From a virus, in IMG/VR virus record IMGVR_UViG_3300017783_000001: a DNA stretch of 64,000 bases. One strand, 5' to 3'. The first letter of the stretch is position 1; the number at the start of each line of letters is the position of its first letter. This document shows positions 9,259 through 18,508 of the stretch, piece after piece. The translations under genes and the position numbers were made by a program. A model generated the notes under the pieces. The model saw only the letters and a program-made list of their open reading frames with translations. It ran no database searches and was not told the origin of the DNA.

Positions 9259-10317
9259 TTAGTTTAGATTGATTGTCTTGCCGGTCTTTGTGTTATCGCC
9301 TGTTACCGTTTCTGTACGAGTACCTGCGATTGTTTCACTATGCGAACCATCTACACTTAGCGTATAGTTACCACCTACTTTGAGGTTGTAATCACCACCT
9401 GCATTGACATTGACTTTACCTACTCTGGTCACTACATTGACATCGCCAGTATCTACTTGTATATTAAGGCTTGCATTAGCACCTACTTGTATATCATAGT
9501 GGTTGTTTAATGTAGCAGACTTGTTAATGTATATCTTATGGCGTCCGTCTATTGTTATATCACTATTGCCTTCTATGTAAGTCTTATCTGAACCAACGGC
9601 CATTCTATATGAGTGGCCTTTTATTATATTAATCTGATTACCGTCTGCTGTCCACTCTAGTGATGTACCTACCTTATGGCGAAAGTGTATTCGCTCAGCG
9701 GCCGGCGTATCGTCAAACTCTTGTATATGTCCACTTTCCGTTTCAGTTACCTTATTATATGGATACTGAGCAGCGTATGCAAGAGTCGGTTGTGACCAAG
9801 TATCTCCGTCAGACGCCGCCATTACACTATTGTCCGCATTGGTTCTGCTGTTAAAGTCAGCAGTCGCCACATCTTTTATTTCTGTATCTGTACGAATTAA
9901 GTTGACAAGAGACGGATTATCTGTTATACTAGACGCTAGCCTATTTGTATCTGTTTCATTAATATACTTAGGATAGATACCCGAGCCATCATAGCCTGCC
10001 TTTGAGTAATACCTTGAAGAATACTCGGTAGGCCTTCCTGGGAGTACGCCAAGAACAACTGGTTGTTGCGCCTGCTCTCCATCTCTAAAGAATCCGTGTA
10101 CCCAAGTTCCTTTTACCAAAAAGGTTGGCGACTGACCCAGGCCTGATATGCCTCCGGCAGTCGTAGGTAAAGCGCATTGTGCCCACGGCAAGTCTGCTGT
10201 AGGTAATGTGTAAATGTTATCACTATGGTAACCTAAACACCGTACTCGCACACGGCCAACCTTGTGTGGGTCTTGCCTGTCTTCAACTATTCCTGTAAAA
10301 TGTATATACTTGCTCAT
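9259..10317 (-). CDS. 5: Baseplate central spike gp5, no lysozyme domain
   Basis: GIVEDRQDP..GRVRVRC.G.H OB fold; YPYNKVTETESGHIQEFDDT; C-terminal V-x-G beta-helix repeats. Confidence 0.92.
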   Translation of the reverse strand: MSKYIHFTGIVEDRQDPHKVGRVRVRCLGYHSDNIYTLPTADLPWAQCALPTTAGGISGLGQSPTFLVKGTWVHGFFRDGEQAQQPVVLGVLPGRPTEYSSRYYSKAGYDGSGIYPKYINETDTNRLASSITDNPSLVNLIRTDTEIKDVATADFNSRTNADNSVMAASDGDTWSQPTLAYAAQYPYNKVTETESGHIQEFDDTPAAERIHFRHKVGTSLEWTADGNQINIIKGHSYRMAVGSDKTYIEGNSDITIDGRHKIYINKSATLNNHYDIQVGANASLNIQVDTGDVNVVTRVGKVNVNAGGDYNLKVGGNYTLSVDGSHSETIAGTRTETVTGDNTKTGKTINLN

Positions 10318-10351
10318 AATTTCTTCCGATACTTGTACCTTTTAGATAACA

Positions 10352-10603
10352 CTAGATTATATTATTCTTTCTATTTATTCTAAACCTACGCAAATGACAC
10401 GCTAGTGGCATATCTTTGATTAGTTTTGTATATATTGCTATGCGTATGGTCATTCTCTCTAGTACGCCGACTTTATGATTGAGTTCGTCAAATGCGTATG
10501 TACCTTTGAAAAACCTTTGTAAATGACTTCTATACAGAGCATCCTCGTAGGTGTTGCGTATGGTTTCTAATGTGTTGCGTAAAGGGTTGTTTAATTGTTT
10601 CAT
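10352..10603 (-). CDS. Hypothetical basic protein
   Basis: 83 aa ORF between gp27-like and gp5; weak SD. Confidence 0.45.
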   Translation of the reverse strand: MKQLNNPLRNTLETIRNTYEDALYRSHLQRFFKGTYAFDELNHKVGVLERMTIRIAIYTKLIKDMPLACHLRRFRINRKNNII

Positions 10604-10624
10604 ATCTCTTTTTCTATGTGTTTT

Positions 10625-10649
10625 GTTCTCATTCTGTTCTCATTTGTTC
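10625..10649. promoter_or_regulatory. LexA-like box GTTC-N7-GTTC plus a third GTTC half-site
   Basis: gttc tcattct gttc tcattt gttc, 22 nt upstream of ORF 10352..10603. Confidence 0.5.
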
Positions 10650-10780
10650 TGGTCTGATTGTCAGCGTATAGAGTGGAGAGTGCTTTGAGAACCCCTAATG
10701 TATGCCCTTTAGACCTCTTGGAGGGGCGTTTCGGAGGGCGATTCTCTATGTTTCTCTCTAGTAGTTGTCAAATGAATAAA

Positions 10781-12232
10781 CTACGATAATATCCCAAAGA
10801 TACCTTCATCTAATTTCTCTTGTTCAAATACTTTGCCTTTTTCAGTCTTACCTTCTTCTACTTTAATTGTTTCATTATAGTATGGCGTCTTCACGCTATC
10901 TTTCATACATTCAACCGTCATTGAGTGGTAACTTCTACCAGGCATTACTTTATGAATAATACTACTTACTAGGTATCTGCCACTTAATGCTTGGTCTTGG
11001 TCTTTATCACCAACACTTATACTTTCATATCTAGGTATCTCTAGTCCTATCATTTCTCCTACTGATAATCCTGTGTAACCAGGTACTTCTATTCTTACCT
11101 TAAATGATTCTAATGCTACTTCTTGTGCTATTCTATTTTGCATTGCGTTTTCTGGCGATACGGATTCATATCCATCATACTGCATACTTGTTTCAGAAGA
11201 GTTAAAAAATGTTCCGTCTGCAAATGCTGTTAATGGTTTGTTATCTCTAAATGGATAATCAGGTAATATCTTCTTATCGCCTTGTCTCTGGCCATTACCA
11301 TCGTGTTCAGTATGGTGAGATTTACTATAATTTTCTTCGTAATCAAAGTCGGAAGTTGAAAATGTTTTATTAAACAAGTCTGTCTTTAATACTCTACTTG
11401 CGACACCACCCATACCTAATAGTTGCATAAGATTAAATTGTTCTATGACTTCATAATGAGAAATAGTCTGCATTTCGTGGGTAACATCACGGTCACCTTT
11501 GTTTCTTGTTGTACCTGCCATTGTAGGTTTAAAGTAACCATTGTTTGGTCTTGTACTATCTATTCCAACTGCCATCATATTTTCATAACTACGACAATGA
11601 AATCCATCTGCTGTCTCGTACCATTTAAATCCTGTGTTATTAAATGTAGCAGATTCTGCTTGAGCACATAAAAATTCTATTGCCTTAAATGGTCTAAATC
11701 TTGGCACAATTAACTTACGACTACTCTTTGTTCCTTCTATTATAATGTCTTTACTTGTTCCTAATTCAGACAATGCAATAGAGGATATCATATCAGATAT
11801 TGCACCAGCAAATGGTCTCTCTACCTTACAGGTTTGATTTGTAATTTGTTCTTTACTACAGAAATATAGTACATAGAATTGTGACCTAGGATTATGTGGT
11901 TGTTTACTACCTATCTTATAGATAACCATAGGATGTTTTTCAAAGTCGTAATAACGAGTTGAACCTGGTGTACCTAGTTTAAATGATAAGAGTTCATTGC
12001 CAGTTAATGGCATATGATTAGGAAGACCTGTACTATCAGATATAACTAACTGACCAGATAAGTTCTTCTCGTTTATATCTTCGTAAATATTAATTTCTGC
12101 GACAAGACTTGTGATGTCCGTCTTCTTTGCTTTACTTGAACCATCAAAAGACTTTCTACTATGCACTACTATTTCAGATAGTGTATAGTCACCGGCCTTT
12201 TTCAAGTCATCGGTTTTTAATTTGCTGTACAT
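10781..12232 (-). CDS. Baseplate hub protein (gp27/late control D-like)
   Basis: INIYEDI...LSG.L.I.D, WYETADGFH, LSGRYLVSSIIH motifs; lies between gp53 and gp5. Confidence 0.72.
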   Translation of the reverse strand: MYSKLKTDDLKKAGDYTLSEIVVHSRKSFDGSSKAKKTDITSLVAEINIYEDINEKNLSGQLVISDSTGLPNHMPLTGNELLSFKLGTPGSTRYYDFEKHPMVIYKIGSKQPHNPRSQFYVLYFCSKEQITNQTCKVERPFAGAISDMISSIALSELGTSKDIIIEGTKSSRKLIVPRFRPFKAIEFLCAQAESATFNNTGFKWYETADGFHCRSYENMMAVGIDSTRPNNGYFKPTMAGTTRNKGDRDVTHEMQTISHYEVIEQFNLMQLLGMGGVASRVLKTDLFNKTFSTSDFDYEENYSKSHHTEHDGNGQRQGDKKILPDYPFRDNKPLTAFADGTFFNSSETSMQYDGYESVSPENAMQNRIAQEVALESFKVRIEVPGYTGLSVGEMIGLEIPRYESISVGDKDQDQALSGRYLVSSIIHKVMPGRSYHSMTVECMKDSVKTPYYNETIKVEEGKTEKGKVFEQEKLDEGIFGILS

Positions 12233-12741
12233 TATTCACCTATCAGTTTATCAAACTCATCTAAAAATGTTGATAGATATCCTTGGTCTAACAACTTAAT
12301 TTCGCTTATATCGTTTTGTATTCTTTGTTCGTACTCTCTATTTGATACAGATACAGCACCTACATCTGTACTCATACATTCTATATGGACATCTGTAGGT
12401 CCACTTGTTTGTTTCTTTTCGTAATGATGTATTGCTTCTGAATTTGTATACTTGTCTTTGATAAAGGTTTCAAATTCATTATAGTTCATAGGCCAACCAT
12501 AGTATGCGTCTGATATACCATTTGTCAACAATATAATCCAGTGATATTCTGATTTACCAAAGTGGTTAAATGCTACATCTTCTGGTCTCTCACCTGGTTG
12601 TACAAAGTATTTTTGATACAGCATAGCTGCGTCTAATACTTTCTCTCTTACCTTTACTCTTTTGATTATGTTAGTTGCCAGTTTTGATTTCTGGTCACCT
12701 TTCATATCATATAGTATAAGTGGAAAACTTGAAAAATACAT
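12232..12741 (-). CDS. 53: Baseplate wedge subunit gp53
   Basis: YFSSFP, GERPEDVA..FG....HWIILLTN...WP. Confidence 0.92.
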   Translation of the reverse strand: MYFSSFPLILYDMKGDQKSKLATNIIKRVKVREKVLDAAMLYQKYFVQPGERPEDVAFNHFGKSEYHWIILLTNGISDAYYGWPMNYNEFETFIKDKYTNSEAIHHYEKKQTSGPTDVHIECMSTDVGAVSVSNREYEQRIQNDISEIKLLDQGYLSTFLDEFDKLIGE

Positions 12742-12744
12742 CTA

Positions 12745-13929
12745 TTAATATCCTTTAGCGATTGTTTCTTTAGTCATAATTTCTGTTTCTGCAAATGTAC
12801 AAGTCATTGTTGTTGTAATAGGTGCAGCTCCTCTATCATCTTCTCTAAATGTATGGAATGTTCCTTCTGTTGCATAGTCTACATCCATACCTGTCATTAC
12901 ACAACGAGAAATCTGTGGTATATAATCGTTTGACTTACCACGATAGTAATAAGTTATTTGAAATTCAGATGGCGATAAAAATGCTGATTTAGTTTTATTA
13001 CTAAATTCAGGTAACATATGAAATTTAAATAACTTGATAATCTTTTCTACATTTAACATTTCTTTTTGGTTCTTTGGTGCAAATGTAAATGGAAAACTAA
13101 ACTCTCTAAATGGTACACTTCTAAACACTTGTTCGTTAAATGGATTTAATGCTCTACCCATTGACTTGTCTATTGCACCTCTTACATCACCAACACCAGG
13201 CAATGCACTTGCAATCTCGGTTACTGCACCTCCTAATACTCTTTCTATCATAGCACCACCACCGTCAATCATTGCTTCTTTGAAAGACATATCTTTACCT
13301 GCTTCCATACTAGACGCCATAAGACCGGCAAGACCAGTTGCTAAGTTTTCATAGTTTGCTTTGTATGAGAATTTTGCAGCTTCGGCAGGTGTATATAAAC
13401 ACACCGTATCACTAATTCTTGTATGTGTATGTGAACCACCTTGACCAATACCAGAAGACATTTCTCTTGCCTTTCTAGTTGTCGTTGTCTTTGGAGCAGG
13501 TGCTGAATCTGCTGTTGCAAAAGCATTACGATTTGCTTCTGCGTCATCATCTGCTGGTACTTCTATTATTCTCTTCATATTACTACCATAAGATGTTTTT
13601 CTGTTTTCAATAATATCAAATATAACATAATGACCTTCATCTAACATACCTGTTTCTTCTGGATAATATATCTGCCCCCAACTAATTCTGGAACGGACTC
13701 TACCTTGCATTGCGTCACCTGAACCTATCTCTAGTGGTGATTGGTTTAAAATCTGTCGTGCTTTTGCTTTTGTCGCTTCTGTATTTTCTGCACCAGTAAA
13801 CTGATTGCTGAAGTTGTCTATTTGTGATGTTATATCGCCTGCAAGACCATCAACAAAACCTTTTACAGCATTTGTTCCTGAATTAATACGACCTTTGATA
13901 ACAGAGCTTATTTTGTTTGTATATCCCAT
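12745..13929 (-). CDS. 48: Baseplate tail-tube cap gp48
   Basis: NPFNEQVFRSVPFREFSFPFTFAPKN..E; C-terminal FAETEIMTKE. Confidence 0.85.
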   Translation of the reverse strand: MGYTNKISSVIKGRINSGTNAVKGFVDGLAGDITSQIDNFSNQFTGAENTEATKAKARQILNQSPLEIGSGDAMQGRVRSRISWGQIYYPEETGMLDEGHYVIFDIIENRKTSYGSNMKRIIEVPADDDAEANRNAFATADSAPAPKTTTTRKAREMSSGIGQGGSHTHTRISDTVCLYTPAEAAKFSYKANYENLATGLAGLMASSMEAGKDMSFKEAMIDGGGAMIERVLGGAVTEIASALPGVGDVRGAIDKSMGRALNPFNEQVFRSVPFREFSFPFTFAPKNQKEMLNVEKIIKLFKFHMLPEFSNKTKSAFLSPSEFQITYYYRGKSNDYIPQISRCVMTGMDVDYATEGTFHTFREDDRGAAPITTTMTCTFAETEIMTKETIAKGY

Positions 13930-13930
13930 A

Positions 13931-13965
13931 TATAAATATCCTTATGAATTATACTAATATTTATA
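13931..13965. promoter_or_regulatory. Pair of opposed T4 late promoters
   Basis: TATAAATA on + at 13931-13938 (for gp4) and on - at 13958-13965 (for gp48). Confidence 0.85.
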
Positions 13966-13977
13966 CAGGAAATAGTA

Positions 13978-14409
13978 ATGGCAACAGCAAGTTATAAAGG
14001 TAGATACAAACCTCAAAACAAAGACAAATATCTAGGTAATCCTGATAAAGTCGTCTATCGTTCTAATTGGGAGAGAAGATTTATGGTTTACTGCGACCGT
14101 AATGAAGGTATCACACATTGGGGTAGTGAAGAGATTGCTATTCGTTATCGTAATCCTGTGACCAAGAAATTACATAATTACTTTCCTGATTTCTTCATAG
14201 TTACCAACAAAGGTAAGTATATAATTGAAATCAAACCTAAGGCCTTCACAAAGAAACCTAAACCTAGAGCTCGTAAGACTAGAGCATATATCAATGAGAG
14301 TTTAGCATATATTAAAAATAGAGCTAAATGGGGTGCCGCTGTTCGTTATTGCGAAATGCAAGGTTGGGAGTTTAAAATATTTACAGAAGACGATTTAGGT
14401 AAATTTTAA
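13978..14409 (+). CDS. 4: Head completion nuclease gp4 (TnsA-like)
   Basis: KY.G.P..VVYRS.WE, WGSEE, YFPDF, IEIKP, FKIFTE. Confidence 0.93.
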   Translation: MATASYKGRYKPQNKDKYLGNPDKVVYRSNWERRFMVYCDRNEGITHWGSEEIAIRYRNPVTKKLHNYFPDFFIVTNKGKYIIEIKPKAFTKKPKPRARKTRAYINESLAYIKNRAKWGAAVRYCEMQGWEFKIFTEDDLGKF

Positions 14410-15962
14410 GTTGTTGCTGTTAGTCTTTCCCATTTAGACGCTGGGTCTGGATTTCTATTACCACTACCTACAAATTGTGATTCTGCATTGTTTGTGGTTA
14501 TAATTTGTTTGTTGTCTTGTGTTATACCAACATTGTTAGATGAGTTTGCTGTATTTGTATCACCTGCTTCTTTTAGTGCTTTTGCATTACCTGTTTGGTC
14601 TGCCTTATCTGTGCCACTAAAGTATTTCTTTTTCTCTTCAGGTATTTCTGCTTTTTGTGCTTCACCTTCTATACTTTTAGGTTCTGTCATTGTTGCCTTA
14701 TCACTTGACAATGCAACTTTTTCCATACCTATATACTTACCAAACTTATCTACGAAACCATTATAGATTCTTTTAAATATGTCTGATATATAATCACCGA
14801 TACTACCAAATGCACTTTTAATACTATCCCATATTCTACTTCCTAGAGTACTTACATAATCAACCATATCAGATATACCTTGTGTAAAGTTATCCCACTT
14901 CTCCATTAATGAATCTTTTAGTCCACCTATATAACCTACAAACGCATTCCATTTCTCCATTAAGTATTCACCAAACTTTCTAAAGACATCTCCTAGATAG
15001 TTATATGCGTCTATGATAGCGTCTTTGATTGCGTGAAATTTAAATATTGCAATTGCAATTACAGCAATCAATGCTAATATACCAAGTGCCCATAACAACA
15101 TAGGTACAACTGAAATCATAAGACTTGCACCAAATAGTTTTAATGATTTGATTGGTGTCTTCATTGCTTTACCGAAGTTCATAAATGAAGTACCCATTCT
15201 TTTTGCCATATCGCCAAGTTCTACAAATGGTCCTGTAATACTATCTTTGATACCCATAAAGGTATCAGATATACCAGCAAACATACCTCGTGGGTCTATC
15301 ATATCACCACCTTGACCACCAAAGTTATCAGAAGTATCGCCACCAAGTGCTTCTCTTTTTGCGTCTAAATCTTCTCGTTCTTTTGTTAGTAGTACTGACT
15401 TCTCTTTGATAAGCGTTTCTTCTTTTTGTCTACTAGTTTCATCTAGTTTGTGTAAATTCTTTGTTTTCTTTAATAGTTCTTGTTCGTTTGATACTATTCT
15501 CTTTTCAGATTGTACAAGTTTTTCTTGTTCCATCTGCAATTGTTTTGTTGATAGTACAACTGCCTTTGCACCATCTTCGGTCATCTTTACTTGTACTGCT
15601 ACACCTTGTTTTCTTAATTCACTTGCTTCTTTTTCTGCAACAACAATCATCTGTTCTCTATTACGCAATGCGTCTTGTAGAGATTTCATATCTTCTGATA
15701 TGTCTGCCTTTTCCATACCTCTTGTCAAGTCTTCAACAGAATAGTTTAATTCACCCATTCTATTAACAAGTTTATTCATCACATCATTTACACTTCTAGG
15801 TGTATCTCTAAATGCGTCAATAGTTTCTGCAACAAGTTTGTTTAATTTAGGCTGAGTTGACTTAACTAGTCCATCAACTGATTGGATAGACTTCTTTGAT
15901 ATTACTTTGAATATGGAAAGTAGTTCGTCTTGTGTAGCGTTTGAAAGTGTAGTGGCAGCCAT
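14406..15962 (-). CDS. Tape measure-like protein (gp29 position)
   Basis: Long coiled coil, hydrophobic segment, then W/F-periodic amphipathic repeats (EKWNAFVGY/EKWDNFTQG); downstream of gp26/51. Confidence 0.7.
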   Translation of the reverse strand: MAATTLSNATQDELLSIFKVISKKSIQSVDGLVKSTQPKLNKLVAETIDAFRDTPRSVNDVMNKLVNRMGELNYSVEDLTRGMEKADISEDMKSLQDALRNREQMIVVAEKEASELRKQGVAVQVKMTEDGAKAVVLSTKQLQMEQEKLVQSEKRIVSNEQELLKKTKNLHKLDETSRQKEETLIKEKSVLLTKEREDLDAKREALGGDTSDNFGGQGGDMIDPRGMFAGISDTFMGIKDSITGPFVELGDMAKRMGTSFMNFGKAMKTPIKSLKLFGASLMISVVPMLLWALGILALIAVIAIAIFKFHAIKDAIIDAYNYLGDVFRKFGEYLMEKWNAFVGYIGGLKDSLMEKWDNFTQGISDMVDYVSTLGSRIWDSIKSAFGSIGDYISDIFKRIYNGFVDKFGKYIGMEKVALSSDKATMTEPKSIEGEAQKAEIPEEKKKYFSGTDKADQTGNAKALKEAGDTNTANSSNNVGITQDNKQIITTNNAESQFVGSGNRNPDPASKWERLTATT

Positions 15963-15972
15963 TTCTTATTTC

Positions 15973-16296
15973 CTATTTCTTATTTTTACTTGAACCAGTA
16001 TATAGACCAAACCAAGCTGCACCAGCACCAACAACGATACTGATTAACCCACTTTGTTCCATAGTAGGTGCCTGTAAGTCCATATACCAAATTACACATT
16101 TGTATAATAAAACAATATAAACGGTCAAAAACAATCTTGGAAATATTCTCCAAGCGTCAACTGCTCTTGCCATATGAATTATCTTTGCATATGGATTAAT
16201 ACCTAGGTCTTTGATTGAAGTATCTACTTCTAAATCAACTTGTATTTTCTGTTTAGGTTCTGCAACCTTAACTTCTTTTTTTATCTCTTCAGCCAT
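15973..16296 (-). CDS. Two-helix membrane protein, holin candidate
   Basis: DAWRIFPRL...EQSGLISIVVGAGAAWFGLY with basic C-terminus. Confidence 0.55.
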   Translation of the reverse strand: MAEEIKKEVKVAEPKQKIQVDLEVDTSIKDLGINPYAKIIHMARAVDAWRIFPRLFLTVYIVLLYKCVIWYMDLQAPTMEQSGLISIVVGAGAAWFGLYTGSSKNKK

Positions 16297-16311
16297 TTTT
16301 AACTCCTACGA

Positions 16312-16767
16312 TTATTCGTAAACTTTTTTTCTAATATATGCTTGTTCGTGTCTGCCTGTAATCTCTAATATCTTCCAAGAGCCGTCTGTTTGTACTTCTA
16401 CTTTTGCGTTAACTTTATCGCAAGTCATATTAAATACACCACCTGATTTGTCTTTTTTCTCTCTATAATCTTTTTCTGCTTGTCTTTTATTCTTCAAGCA
16501 GTCCATTAAATTATCACTTGCTCTGTGGTCAATTAGTTTTCTTTCACCTGTAGCTTCATCTATTTCAAAAATACATACTGCGAATACGACACCTTCTTCA
16601 GGAGTTGATGATGAAGTTTTATGTTCTTCTGTCATCACCGTAATATGTGTATGTTTCTTTTCAATAGGACAAACTTGGTGTCCGTCATCACCACAACCTG
16701 TGCAATCAGCATATGCTGGGGCGTACATCATCAAAAATAAAAATGCTATTGTTAATAGTTTGTTCAT
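16312..16767 (-). CDS. Secreted Cys-containing protein
   Basis: Signal peptide (AYA/D); DCLKNKRQAE...FNMTC. Confidence 0.7.
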   Translation of the reverse strand: MNKLLTIAFLFLMMYAPAYADCTGCGDDGHQVCPIEKKHTHITVMTEEHKTSSSTPEEGVVFAVCIFEIDEATGERKLIDHRASDNLMDCLKNKRQAEKDYREKKDKSGGVFNMTCDKVNAKVEVQTDGSWKILEITGRHEQAYIRKKVYE

Positions 16768-16774
16768 AAATCCT

Positions 16775-17080
16775 TTAGTCTAAAATTTTAAGTAATCTTA
16801 TTCCGTATTTTGCTTGTTTATCTTCTTGTAATAATGCTTTTACTAGTCTACATTCAAATATAACTCTTTCGCCACCTACTTCTCTAGCCGCTACTCTTTT
16901 AGATTTTAAGCATTGACCTATATTTTCTTTGTAAACCCATTCTATTAACTTACCGTTTAGAGTAAGTGTTAACGCAACAACTTTATCTTGTTCGTATTTC
17001 TCACCGCCAGTATATAACTTGGCTGCATACACACTAGGTACAAGTAAGACAACAAATATTATTGCTAAAATGTTTTTCAT
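16775..17080 (-). CDS. Secreted Cys-containing protein, probable paralog of 16312..16767
   Basis: Signal peptide (VYA/A); QCLKSKRVAA...IFEC. Confidence 0.7.
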   Translation of the reverse strand: MKNILAIIFVVLLVPSVYAAKLYTGGEKYEQDKVVALTLTLNGKLIEWVYKENIGQCLKSKRVAAREVGGERVIFECRLVKALLQEDKQAKYGIRLLKILD

Positions 17081-17541
17081 TATTCCTTCTTACCGTTTCC
17101 ATTTTGATAGATAATACTTCTATTACTATCTTTTAATTTTTCTACATCTTCTCTAAGGATTTTTACATCCTCTTGTAGTCTTGTTATATTAACACCATTG
17201 TTCAACATTTTATTCATTCTCTCATCTAGTTCATCTAATTGTCCAGCAATGTGTTCAATAAGCATATATTGTTCGGAATCAGCAGGTGGTGAACCTAATT
17301 CACCTCTTGGCCACTTAATTCTAAACTCACTATTCTTATTTAATTCTGTCTCTATTCGTAATGTACTTCCTTCAAGGTCTTTTCTTAATAACTCTTCGTT
17401 AGTTTCTATACGATTTAATCTTTCTAATACTCCAAAGTATGCCCAAACACCAACTGAAACTGCTGCTATTATAGCTAACAAGTTCCTCATAGGCATACTG
17501 ATAGCAGTATTATCTGATACTCTTAATTCATCTTTGCTCAT
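17080..17541 (-). CDS. Membrane-anchored coiled-coil protein
   Basis: N-terminal TM helix, FRIKWPRG motif, C-terminal heptads. Confidence 0.75.
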   Translation of the reverse strand: MSKDELRVSDNTAISMPMRNLLAIIAAVSVGVWAYFGVLERLNRIETNEELLRKDLEGSTLRIETELNKNSEFRIKWPRGELGSPPADSEQYMLIEHIAGQLDELDERMNKMLNNGVNITRLQEDVKILREDVEKLKDSNRSIIYQNGNGKKE

Positions 17542-17569
17542 AAATCCTTTTGTTATAACTCACCTGCTA

Positions 17570-17716
17570 TTATTTAGTACCAGGTTTGCCCATATTATCT
17601 CTTCTTGCTTTTTCTTTTTCTTCTTTAATGTGTTTAACCAGTAAAGAAACATAAACCTCTTTTTCCCAAGGAAATAGAGAATCCAATTCTGTTAGACTAT
17701 ACTTATGATGTTGCAT
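17570..17716 (-). CDS. 51: gp51-like baseplate hub assembly segment, probably made as a -1 frameshift extension of gp26
   Basis: Not in track. MQHHKYSLTELDSLFPWE; the frame stays open upstream (HNNLEAYFETNFAL) to the slippery site; no SD before ATG 17716. Confidence 0.8.
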   Translation of the reverse strand: MQHHKYSLTELDSLFPWEKEVYVSLLVKHIKEEKEKARRDNMGKPGTK

Positions 17717-17738
17717 TAATGCAAAGTTAGTCTCAAAG

Positions 17739-17779
17739 TACGCCTCTAGGTTGTTGTGGGAGAGGCAGATACGAAAAAA
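17739..17779 (-). promoter_or_regulatory. Programmed -1 ribosomal frameshift signal
   Basis: U_UUU_UUC at 17779-17773, 6-nt spacer, GCCUCU/AGAGGC stem with 13-nt loop. Confidence 0.75.
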
Positions 17780-18480
17780 TCAGATAGTCCTTGGAGTGTA
17801 ACCACACTCTCTTTCTTTGTTTTAGGATTTATAACCTTGACTTCGTGCCTTAACTTCGGCATTGTGTCAAAGAATTTTCTGATTAGTTTAAATTGATTGG
17901 TATTTAAATTATTGAAAAAATCAATTAGTTCAGCCTTTGTACTATCTTTCGCTTTATGCACTTGTTCCCCCTCATAGATGTAGTCAATACATTCAACAAT
18001 TGTTTTAAAAATTGCTTCTGTATTCATATCTTCATCTACGCCCAATGGAATAGTGTCAATGTTAGGATAGTTCATACTAATACCAAGATTTCTTTCTTCG
18101 TCTAATACTATCTTATTTGTGTGTTCGTCATCAACCTGTACCTCAACCTTTGTTAAGTCTACATCAACAGGTATAAGTGTAACCTTATCTTCTGGACAGA
18201 AAACTTTAAAAGACGCAATCTCACCTACTGACTTTGCACGAATATTTAAAAACAAATATTCTATGTCAAATAGTGGTAGTTTGGTTACTTCTAATTTTCC
18301 GAAAGTACAAGAGTTAATTAAATCTCTAACGGCGGCTTTCATTTGAGCGTCATTCTTCTCTTCCATCGCTAGCATTAATATCTTCTCTTCTTTGACCAGA
18401 AATGGTCTAAACTCTACTACCGTGTCTTCACTTGGTAGAGTTAACTTATATGTTGGGACTTCAATTTTTGGTAAAGCCAT
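17746..18480 (-). CDS. 26: Baseplate hub assembly protein gp26
   Basis: MALPKI..P.Y.L.LPS, FRPFLVKEEKILM, FDIEYLFLNIRAKSVGE, FFDTMPKL, GL.DFF. Confidence 0.93.
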   Translation of the reverse strand: MALPKIEVPTYKLTLPSEDTVVEFRPFLVKEEKILMLAMEEKNDAQMKAAVRDLINSCTFGKLEVTKLPLFDIEYLFLNIRAKSVGEIASFKVFCPEDKVTLIPVDVDLTKVEVQVDDEHTNKIVLDEERNLGISMNYPNIDTIPLGVDEDMNTEAIFKTIVECIDYIYEGEQVHKAKDSTKAELIDFFNNLNTNQFKLIRKFFDTMPKLRHEVKVINPKTKKESVVTLQGLSDFFVSASPTTT

Positions 18481-18508
18481 ATTGTTATCATCTCCTTATT
18501 ATTTACTA

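Noticed and set aside
14880-14965. Short near-repeat (ttctccattaa twice) as a DNA element
   Set aside because: Explained by the LMEKW protein repeat in the tape-measure-like gene.
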